Made by a program: the position numbers and the translations under genes
Part shown: piece by piece, positions 56,871-64,000 of the stretch
How positions within the stretch are numbered: position 1 is the stretch's first letter
Layout: each line of letters opens with the position of its first letter
DNA from: Flavobacteriales bacterium
GTDB taxonomy: Bacteria; Bacteroidota; Bacteroidia; Flavobacteriales_G; Salibacteraceae
Reading direction: 5' to 3'
NCBI GenBank assembly: GCA_013204105.1
Contig: JABMOM010000002.1
Coordinates: 562 to 64,561, forward strand
DNA length: 64,000 bases
Notes under the pieces: generated by a model
The model's input: only the letters and a program-made list of their open reading frames with translations
Told to the model about the DNA's origin: nothing
Databases searched by the model: none

Positions 56871-57859
56871 CACCTCCTCGATCCATACTCGTCATTCAGA
56901 CCTCATTTTTAGGAGACGTGATCCTCGCTACCAGCGTGTTGGAAACCTTGCACGCACAGTTTCCTGATGCCCAGATCGACATGCTGGTTCGAAAAGGAAA
57001 CGAGGAACTCCTAAAAGGGCATCCCTTTCTGCGAGAAACCTTGGTTTGGAATAAAAAAGACAAGAAGTATGGCGACTTACTTCGCCTGATGAACCGGATC
57101 CGTTCGAGTACCTACGACGTAGTGGTCAACCTCCATCGCTTCGCTAGTTCCGGGGCTCTGGCTGCTTATTCAGATGCGCCGATGAAACTCGGTTTTCGGA
57201 AGAACCCGATGAGTATGCTTTACACACACGCGGCTGAGCATTCATTCAATGGGATGCACGAGATAGAACGCAATGCTGGCGTCATCCGCCCTTTGATCGG
57301 CGATGCTACCATCTCTGCGCCTCGACTCTATCCATTGGCTGATGATGAAAGGGCGGTTGCTTCGATGATGGGCACAGTCTATCACTGCATTGCTCCTACG
57401 TCGGTATGGCATACCAAGCAATGGCCGGCAGAAAAATGGATAGCGTTGATCAATGGACTTCCGCAGGCAGAACAGGTGTACCTCCTTGGAGCTCCTGGGG
57501 ACAAGGCACAATGCGAAGTCATTCAAGAAGCCAGCGTCCATCCGAAAGTCTCCGTTCTCGCAGGTGAGCTATCGCTTTTACAAAGTGCTCAATTGATGCG
57601 CGGATCGAAGATGAATTACGTCAACGATTCTGCGCCGATGCACCTTGCTTCTGCCGTGAACGCTCCGGTGCGTGTCATCTACTGCAGCACTGTGCCTGAA
57701 TTTGGATTTGGCCCCCTCTCCGATGATCGCAAGGTCGTTCAGACTGCAAAGCCACTCGATTGTCGCCCCTGCGGACTCCATGGCCATACAACTTGTCCTA
57801 AAGGCCATTTTGATTGTGCCCTGACCATTGATGTAAACGAAATCCTGAAGGATGCTTGA
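56867..57859 (+). CDS. glycosyltransferase family 9 (heptosyltransferase-like)
   Basis: ILVIQTSFLGDVILATSVLETL and NDSAPMHLASA motifs. The TTG start overlaps the dapD stop. Confidence 0.78.
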   Translation: MTPPRSILVIQTSFLGDVILATSVLETLHAQFPDAQIDMLVRKGNEELLKGHPFLRETLVWNKKDKKYGDLLRLMNRIRSSTYDVVVNLHRFASSGALAAYSDAPMKLGFRKNPMSMLYTHAAEHSFNGMHEIERNAGVIRPLIGDATISAPRLYPLADDERAVASMMGTVYHCIAPTSVWHTKQWPAEKWIALINGLPQAEQVYLLGAPGDKAQCEVIQEASVHPKVSVLAGELSLLQSAQLMRGSKMNYVNDSAPMHLASAVNAPVRVIYCSTVPEFGFGPLSDDRKVVQTAKPLDCRPCGLHGHTTCPKGHFDCALTIDVNEILKDA

Positions 57860-58325
57860 ATTGAAAGGCAATGAGGCTAAATGTTTGCGGGAAGGTGGGA
57901 CCTTGAACGGTCTGTCCTTTTCCATCTCCCCTTTTATCGGGCAGGCAGCGGATGTGATTCTCTGCGGCACCGATCAACAAGTGCAGGGCTTACTCTCAGA
58001 TGCCCATCGATACGATGCCCTGCTTCAGATCATGGACAGTGGAGAACGCTTGCGGTTAGAGATTGAGACAGAGAACGACCGTTGGTTATCGATCATCGCC
58101 GACTTGGACCTCGCCCTCGGACAACTCGCATTGCAGGCACGAAGACCGCTTGCGATCGTTGACTTAAGCAATGCATCGGGGACAACACTTCCTTCGGAAC
58201 AAGCAGATAAGACCTTACCTTTGCACCCCCGTTTTGAGCAGGAATTGTTGGCAGAACTCGAACGTTACGCCGACCGCTTTCAGCAGTTCAAGGACGGCTC
58301 GTTTAAGCTCATCCGCCAAAAATGA
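57852..58325 (+). CDS. hypothetical protein (157 aa)
   Basis: The ORF overlaps both neighbours (8 nt upstream; ATGA downstream). No motif recognised. Confidence 0.45.
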   Translation: MLELKGNEAKCLREGGTLNGLSFSISPFIGQAADVILCGTDQQVQGLLSDAHRYDALLQIMDSGERLRLEIETENDRWLSIIADLDLALGQLALQARRPLAIVDLSNASGTTLPSEQADKTLPLHPRFEQELLAELERYADRFQQFKDGSFKLIRQK

Positions 58326-59755
58326 CTCCCAAAGAGATACGCGATTTTGTAGACCGCCCGCTCTACCACACGATACGTGAAGTAGCTGCGGGAATGGACA
58401 CGCGTGCCTACATCGTTGGCGGATTCGTGCGCGACCTCTTGCTAGATCGTCCTTCCAAGGACATCGACATCGTGGTGGAAGGCAGCGGCATCGACTTCGC
58501 ACACGCCTTGTCTGACAAACTCAAGGGCACACAGGTTTCCTTTTTCAAGCGGTTTGGAACAGCCATGTTCAAGCACGACGATGTAGAGTACGAGATCGTT
58601 GGAGCTCGGAAGGAATCGTATCGCTACGATTCTAGAAAACCAGCCGTTGAGGATGCTAGCATCGAACAAGACCGCGAGCGACGTGACTTCACCATCAATG
58701 CCCTTTCCATCGGTTTGAATGCAGATGATTTTGGGGCCATTATCGATCCTTTTGGAGGATTGAAAGACTTGGAAGAAGGAAGGCTCATCACTCCGCTCGA
58801 TCCAGTGAAGACCTATTCCGATGATCCATTGCGCATGATGCGCGCGATACGTTTTGCGGCACAACTCGGCTTCCAAATAGAGGAGCAATCATTGGCAGCG
58901 ATCAGCTCTCAGAAGGAACGCATCCAGATTGTCTCGCAAGAGCGCATCACGAGTGAACTCAATAAGATCATCGAAACCAAACGACCAAGTTTGGGCTTTA
59001 AGTTACTCTTCAAGACAGGGCTCCTCCACTACGTATTCCCTAAGATGGTCGAATTACAGGGTGCGGAAATCAAGGAGGGCGTCGGCCATAAGGATAACTT
59101 CTTCCACACCTTGCAGGTTTTGGACAACGTGGCCGATCGGAGCGACGACCTCTGGCTCCGTTGGTCAGCTATCCTGCACGACATCGCTAAGCCGGATACG
59201 AAGCGCTTTGACGCCGAGCATGGGTGGACCTTTCACGGCCACGAAGACTTGGGCGCTAAAATGACACCCCGCATCTTCCGATCATTAAAGCTTCCGCTCG
59301 ATCACAGGATGAAATTCGTGCAGAAGATGGTAAGGTTGCACCTGCGCCCTATTGCACTGAGCAAGGACACCGTCAGCAATTCGGGCATCCGCAGATTGTT
59401 GTTTGACGCCGATGAGGATCTGGACGCGTTGATGATCTTGTGCGAGTCCGACATTACCTCGAAGAACGAATACAAAGTGCAGCGCTTCCTTCAAAACTTC
59501 CAGCGCGTGCGTGAAAAATGCAAGGAAGTTGAAGAAAGCGATCGCATCAAGAACTGGCAACCTCCCATCGGGGGTAAAGAGATAATGGATACCTTCGGGT
59601 TAAGGCCTGGACGAGAGGTTGGTGTGATCAAGTCCGCGATACGTGAAGCGATCCTCGAAGGAGAGATCAAGAATGAGTATGAAGCTGCCAGAGCCTATAT
59701 GATGAAAAAAGCCAAAGACCTCGGCCTAGCCGAAGCAAAGACATCAAAGCAATGA
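58322..59755 (+). CDS. cca: CCA tRNA nucleotidyltransferase (PolyA_pol head plus HD domain)
   Basis: YIVGGFVRDLLLDRPSKDIDIVVEG, RRDFTINAL and HDIAKP. Confidence 0.82.
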   Translation: MTPKEIRDFVDRPLYHTIREVAAGMDTRAYIVGGFVRDLLLDRPSKDIDIVVEGSGIDFAHALSDKLKGTQVSFFKRFGTAMFKHDDVEYEIVGARKESYRYDSRKPAVEDASIEQDRERRDFTINALSIGLNADDFGAIIDPFGGLKDLEEGRLITPLDPVKTYSDDPLRMMRAIRFAAQLGFQIEEQSLAAISSQKERIQIVSQERITSELNKIIETKRPSLGFKLLFKTGLLHYVFPKMVELQGAEIKEGVGHKDNFFHTLQVLDNVADRSDDLWLRWSAILHDIAKPDTKRFDAEHGWTFHGHEDLGAKMTPRIFRSLKLPLDHRMKFVQKMVRLHLRPIALSKDTVSNSGIRRLLFDADEDLDALMILCESDITSKNEYKVQRFLQNFQRVREKCKEVEESDRIKNWQPPIGGKEIMDTFGLRPGREVGVIKSAIREAILEGEIKNEYEAARAYMMKKAKDLGLAEAKTSKQ

Positions 59756-60300
59756 AGAGAGTCATACGCCTCAGGGTATTAATGGATCACGAGGATGTGA
59801 TCTTCCGCGATCTGGAAGTTACCTGTTCAGGTGCCTTTTCTGAATTACACGAACTCATCCAAGAGGCATTTGGCTTCGATAATTCTCAAATGGCTTCCTT
59901 CTACGTCAGCAATGAAGAATGGGAGAAAGGCCAAGAGATCACCCTGATGGACATGGGGGAAAAGAACGAGAATGGCGAGCCCATTTTGTTGATGCACGAT
60001 ACCCCGCTGAAGGACGTGATCTTCGAATCCGGCCAGAAACTCATCTATGTCTTCGACTTCTATCTGATGTGGTGCTTTTATGTTGACGTGGTAGACATGA
60101 AAGAACTGGACGAAACAACCATCACTCCGCGCATCGCTCAGAGCTTTGGAGAAGCACCTGAGCAGTATTCGAAATCTCCAGAGATCAACTTTGAAGCAGA
60201 AGATGCGGCTAAATTCTACGAGGATGAGGACGACGAAATTGGCGATATGTTTGATTTATTCACCGTGAACGAAGACTACTCCGAAGACCGAGAATTCTGA
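59752..60300 (+). CDS. pRiA4b ORF-3-like domain protein with acidic C-terminus
   Basis: RLRVLMDHEDVIFRDLEV...LHELIQEAFGFDNSQMASF...LIYVFDFYLMW resembles that family. ATGA overlap with cca. Confidence 0.5.
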   Translation: MKRVIRLRVLMDHEDVIFRDLEVTCSGAFSELHELIQEAFGFDNSQMASFYVSNEEWEKGQEITLMDMGEKNENGEPILLMHDTPLKDVIFESGQKLIYVFDFYLMWCFYVDVVDMKELDETTITPRIAQSFGEAPEQYSKSPEINFEAEDAAKFYEDEDDEIGDMFDLFTVNEDYSEDREF

Positions 60301-60307
60301 TCGCCTG

Positions 60308-61210
60308 ATGCCGCACCTGATCGTCATCGCAGGCCCGACGGCTTCAGGGAAAACCGCCTTATCCCTACACCTCGCTCACCAGTTTCACGCGGAGATCCTG
60401 AGCGGAGATGCCCGGCAGTTCTATAGAGGCATGGACATTGGCACCGCCAAACCAACCGTCGCAGAGCGCGCGCAAGTTCCCCATCATTTCATCGATACTC
60501 TTGACCCTTCCGGCGAATACACCGCAGGTCAATTCGAAAGGGATGCGCTCGAGTTTCTGGAGAATTACTTTACCTCCCATGACGTCGCCATCCTGGTGGG
60601 AGGATCTGGGCTCTACATCAAAGCAGTAACGGACGGCTTCGATGACCTTCCCTCCACCCCACCAGAAGTACGGGCCAAATTCGATGCGCTGCGCAATGAA
60701 CAGGGATTAAGTGCATTGGTGAACCTGTTGAAGGCGCAGGATCCAAGCTACGCTGCCACCGTCGACCTCGATAACCCACAGCGCGTGCAGCGTGCCCTTG
60801 AGGCTATGGAGACCAGTGGTAAATTGTTTTCAGCCATGCGGGCTGCGCAAGCCAAGGCACGACCCTTTCAAGTACACCGTATTTTGCTCCATCCTGAACG
60901 TGATGCGCTGTACGATCGGATCAATGCGCGTGTGGATGCAATGATCGAAGCGGGATTAGAGCAAGAGGCCCGAGGCTTGTATCCTATGAAAAGCTTTAAC
61001 GCCCTGCAAACGGTAGGCTATCAAGAATTCTTTGATCACTTTGATGGGGAATTGACGAGGGACGACGCAATCGACAAGATCAAGCAACATACACGAAACT
61101 ATGCCAAGCGCCAATTTACTTGGTTCAAAAAGCAAGACGGGTTTAAAAAGTTTACCCTAGAAAAGGAAGATGATGTACTCAGGCATCTCCGCGACCAAAT
61201 GAACGTCTAA
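60308..61210 (+). CDS. miaA: tRNA dimethylallyltransferase
   Basis: LIVIAGPTASGKTALS P-loop, DARQFYRGMDIGTAKP, and the RNYAKRQFTWFKK C-terminal motif. Confidence 0.9.
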   Translation: MPHLIVIAGPTASGKTALSLHLAHQFHAEILSGDARQFYRGMDIGTAKPTVAERAQVPHHFIDTLDPSGEYTAGQFERDALEFLENYFTSHDVAILVGGSGLYIKAVTDGFDDLPSTPPEVRAKFDALRNEQGLSALVNLLKAQDPSYAATVDLDNPQRVQRALEAMETSGKLFSAMRAAQAKARPFQVHRILLHPERDALYDRINARVDAMIEAGLEQEARGLYPMKSFNALQTVGYQEFFDHFDGELTRDDAIDKIKQHTRNYAKRQFTWFKKQDGFKKFTLEKEDDVLRHLRDQMNV

Positions 61211-61233
61211 CTTTGTGTTGAAACCATTTTACT

Positions 61234-61755
61234 ATGAAGACGCTTTTCGCCCTTTTGTTTATTTGTTCCCTTTCTAGCCTTCAGGCGCAAGGTTTGACTG
61301 AGGAATACCAAGCCTCCTGTGAGTGCTGGGTCGTGACAAACCATTACGATGACGGTCAGGTATCTGCCGTTCACCATGAGAACACTAACCGCCAAAAGCA
61401 TGGCTCTTTAAAGCAATATTCCTCGGATGGAAAGTTGTTGAAAGAAGAAGATTGGAACAACGGGAAATTGGACGGTATTTCAAGCTCCTACCACTCTGAT
61501 GGAAGCGTATACCTCAAGGCTTCCTTCGAAAATGGCAAGAAGGTTGGCAAATGGACATTCTTGGATCCCGATGGAAGTCCATCCCAAGAGATCCTCTATT
61601 CAGGCAACAATGCAGATGGTACGTATGCCCATTACTATGCTGGAGTGCGCTACATAGAGCAAGTGATAACAGGCGGTAAGCTCGTCGATACGCACATCCT
61701 GAACCAAGAGATCTACGACATCGTTCAGGAAGAGGCCGCGGCCACCAAAAAGTAA
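61234..61755 (+). CDS. secreted MORN-repeat-variant (YwqK-like) protein
   Basis: Signal peptide, then repeats G-x-L-x-E-E-x-W-x-N-G-K-L-D-G and F-E-N-G-K-K-V-G-K-W. Confidence 0.6.
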   Translation: MKTLFALLFICSLSSLQAQGLTEEYQASCECWVVTNHYDDGQVSAVHHENTNRQKHGSLKQYSSDGKLLKEEDWNNGKLDGISSSYHSDGSVYLKASFENGKKVGKWTFLDPDGSPSQEILYSGNNADGTYAHYYAGVRYIEQVITGGKLVDTHILNQEIYDIVQEEAAATKK

Positions 61756-61756
61756 A

Positions 61757-62395
61757 TTAGAAATGATGCTCGATTCGGTAGGTTCCGTTATCGACATCCA
61801 CGCTGTGATCTTCAGGAATAGCCGACCCCGGCAAAATCCGCGTTAACTTGTATTCGATCAGTTGATTTCCATACACCGGACAGTTGAAGATCGTATCAAA
61901 AAGACCTTCGTACAATCTCCCTTGCTGATAGTCACAACAGCCCTTGCAACCAACGCTGTTTTCAGAGAAACTCAGCAACAATTGGGCGGTCGGTTTGGTA
62001 GTGTTGATCAAGTGGAATTCAAGCATACCCGATTTGTACATGACCATGTCTTGGAGGTTTTGATCCTTCGTACTCCACGTATCCGCATTCACGATCTCCT
62101 CAGCCAGCAAGTAGCCATCCTTGCGTGCCCTGATTCGAAAAGTGGCCGTTGACACGACGTTAAAAGAAAGCGCATAGTCTCCAGATGCATCACAAATAGC
62201 ACTGGCTACCTTCTCGTAGCCGCCCGAGACACTGCCGTATCCTATCGGAGCATAGGCCACCTCCACTTCCGCGCCACTCACTCCTCCAGCACCGTAGAAT
62301 TCTGTAACCAAACCACTTACTTCATAGCGACTGGGTTTCTTACAACCCACTTGCAGCAGTGTAATCAGGGATAGGATAAGAATGATGTAACGCAT
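61757..62395 (-). CDS. hypothetical lipoprotein with a carboxypeptidase-regulatory-like N-domain
   Basis: The Met at 62395 gives MRYIILILSLITLLQVGC, followed by VSGLVTEFYGAGGVSGAEVEVAY. Confidence 0.5.
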   Translation of the reverse strand: MRYIILILSLITLLQVGCKKPSRYEVSGLVTEFYGAGGVSGAEVEVAYAPIGYGSVSGGYEKVASAICDASGDYALSFNVVSTATFRIRARKDGYLLAEEIVNADTWSTKDQNLQDMVMYKSGMLEFHLINTTKPTAQLLLSFSENSVGCKGCCDYQQGRLYEGLFDTIFNCPVYGNQLIEYKLTRILPGSAIPEDHSVDVDNGTYRIEHHF

Positions 62396-62451
62396 CAATA
62401 TTAAAGGTAGGCACAATGTAGAAACAATAGAATTAAACATATTTTAGCCGC

Positions 62452-63156
62452 ATGAGTTTTCGCCCTATTTCATTTACCATCGCTGCATGGAGTTTGACCT
62501 TATTGAGTGCATGCGGAGGTGGTGCTGAAGAACCCATAGCGGGCGATGAAATGGCGAACGTTCCTTTCACCCGAGAAGTCAGTATTGACACCTGTGTGGT
62601 CATGATTTCTCAATCGGTTAATTATTGCGATTGGCGAACCGCCAATAAAGACATGGAACACCAGCGCAACGACCACATGATCACACTGCGGGAAGTATAT
62701 CACGGCATGCTTGATTCAAACTTGGTCATGAGCCTGAGCGATGTGTCGGACTTGGAAATGGCAAAAGACTTTGTGAGTTCGGATGTGCACATGGCCCCGC
62801 TAAAGCAAGTCAGTTCTGATCAGACGATCAAGACCATTTTCTTAGACCAACAATTGGAATACACGGCAGCAACAATGGACACCTTGGTGTTTTACATGAG
62901 CTTTAAAACCTTGAACTACGAGCGCTGGGAGAAGGCCTTTTTGGATGATTACCGCGCGAATCCTGCACATGAATTTGAGGTCACACGCGTCTTCCGGGGC
63001 ATCGACGAACCGAACCATGTACACATGATCTTTCAGGTGAATGATCCGGACTACGTGCAGAAAATGGAAAAGAATAATGCCTTCAGAATGAAGATGTTAG
63101 CCGCTGGCGTAGTGAGCTATCCGGTTACTTATCGGTTTCTTCCTACCAAGGCCTGA
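62452..63156 (+). CDS. hypothetical lipoprotein
   Basis: Lipobox LTLLSACGGG; no recognised domain. Confidence 0.5.
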   Translation: MSFRPISFTIAAWSLTLLSACGGGAEEPIAGDEMANVPFTREVSIDTCVVMISQSVNYCDWRTANKDMEHQRNDHMITLREVYHGMLDSNLVMSLSDVSDLEMAKDFVSSDVHMAPLKQVSSDQTIKTIFLDQQLEYTAATMDTLVFYMSFKTLNYERWEKAFLDDYRANPAHEFEVTRVFRGIDEPNHVHMIFQVNDPDYVQKMEKNNAFRMKMLAAGVVSYPVTYRFLPTKA

Positions 63157-63235
63157 CCCGCCAGCTCGAAGCGAGTTATCCACATTCCTTTTCCATTCCG
63201 ATGGAGCATATTACTTTTCACAAAATTTCACCCCA

Positions 63236-63574
63236 ATGACCAACGAGCGTCTGAAGCTAATCAAGGAAATGCTTGAAACGAATCCCGATGATTCGTTCTT
63301 AAAGTACGCTGCTGCCTTGGAATACGAAAAGGATGGCAATCGCAAGCAAGCGATTGTAACGATCCGAGACCTCTTGGCCAACGATGCAAACTACCTCGGT
63401 GCCTATTACAAATTGGGCAGACTACTGGAAGAGGAAGGCAAAGAGAAGGAAGCGATTAAAATTTACCGCCAAGGACTGGAGGTATCCAAAAAGATCAGCG
63501 ACCTGAAAACAGAAGGTGAGCTCACCGAAGCATTGATGTTGCTCGGTGCAGACGACGACATCACCTGGGCGTAG
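63236..63574 (+). CDS. small tetratricopeptide-repeat protein
   Basis: 112 aa; LKYAAALEYEKDGNRKQAI and GAYYKLGRLLEEEGKEKEAIKIY TPR units. Confidence 0.6.
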   Translation: MTNERLKLIKEMLETNPDDSFLKYAAALEYEKDGNRKQAIVTIRDLLANDANYLGAYYKLGRLLEEEGKEKEAIKIYRQGLEVSKKISDLKTEGELTEALMLLGADDDITWA

Positions 63575-64000
63575 ATGCTGTACTGAACAGAAAACGGTTA
63601 GGGCTGATCAAGTTCTCTTTAACGGCATATATGATCAAACCTGCGGTGTTGTTCAGGCCCAACTTTGCCATCATGTTCTTGCGATGCGTCATGACCGTAT
63701 GAAAGCTTAGGTGTAGCTTTTCAGCGATCTGCTTCGTGGTCATCCCATCGGCGATATACTGCAGAATTTCCAATTCACGTTCGCTGATGCTGATCGGTTC
63801 ACACGTATGGATCGGATCCTCACCCTCGCTGACGTTCAGCTTATCCAACACTTGTCCGCAAAAGAATTTTTCCCCTTTGGCGCAGGCCAGCACCGAACCA
63901 ATGATTTCGTCTTTGTCACAATCGTTCATCAAGTGCCCGTTGAGTCCGGCATGGATCAATCGCTTGGCATCGGTGACGTTACAGTCATGGGAAATGCCAA
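63561..64000 (-). CDS. LuxR/NarL-family response regulator (N-terminal receiver domain runs off the window)
   Basis: C-terminal HTH SERELEILQYIADGMTTKQIAEKLHLSFHTVMTHRKNMMAKLG. The frame stays open upstream of the track's TTG at 63959 through to position 64000 (...ISHDCNVTDAKRLIHAGLNGHL). Confidence 0.8.
   Translation of the reverse strand, partial: GISHDCNVTDAKRLIHAGLNGHLMNDCDKDEIIGSVLACAKGEKFFCGQVLDKLNVSEGEDPIHTCEPISISERELEILQYIADGMTTKQIAEKLHLSFHTVMTHRKNMMAKLGLNNTAGLIIYAVKENLISPNRFLFSTASTPR

Noticed and set aside
1-64000. I looked for CRISPR arrays, IS elements or transposases, integrases or recombinases, phage structural genes, restriction-modification, toxin-antitoxin or other known defence modules, reverse transcriptases, and large repeats.
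   Set aside because: None of the track ORFs or my readings of the intergenic regions show the corresponding motifs or repeat architecture. The window reads as ordinary chromosomal backbone, so I do not claim a novel defence or mobile system.

Overview
Gene-dense chromosomal window with about 60 CDS and one tRNA. It looks like a Bacteroidota genome, probably Flavobacteriia-like. The evidence is four cargo proteins with T9SS C-terminal sorting domains, a PorP/SprF gene, an adjacent Bacteroidota-type parE-parC pair, and a TAnnTTTG-type -7 box. Most of the content is housekeeping: serC, yaaA, pepD, lgt, parE/parC, trxB, a 2-Cys peroxiredoxin, cdaA, def, ruvX, dapD, cca, miaA and tRNA-Pro(GGG). 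Interspersed are secreted or lipoprotein genes of unknown function, a hybrid histidine kinase, MFS transporters, and a small minus-strand glycoside-hydrolase operon (CBM9-like, GH28, unknown, GH78) beside an AraC regulator and a sugar:H+ symporter. I saw no CRISPR array, transposase, integrase, phage gene or recognisable defence or toxin gene, so I cannot honestly name a convincing novel multi-gene system. The observations worth a second look are small-scale. (1) A perfect 13-nt tandem duplication is the only lesion splitting a DASS-family transporter gene. (2) A degenerate direct repeat of the tRNA-Pro 3' half plus its terminator lies just downstream of the tRNA. (3) Two ORFs too short for the track (54 aa ending ECVGCGS; 40 aa Lys-rich) each have their own intrinsic terminator. 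(4) ParC carries a roughly 136-aa acidic/Lys/Pro/Ser low-complexity C-terminal tail. (5) CTAT/ATAG palindromes and clusters sit upstream of both thiol-peroxide genes (prx and trxB). (6) A small lipoprotein has an EGF-type cysteine signature. Functional calls rest on motifs I read in the supplied translations; no database search was possible.
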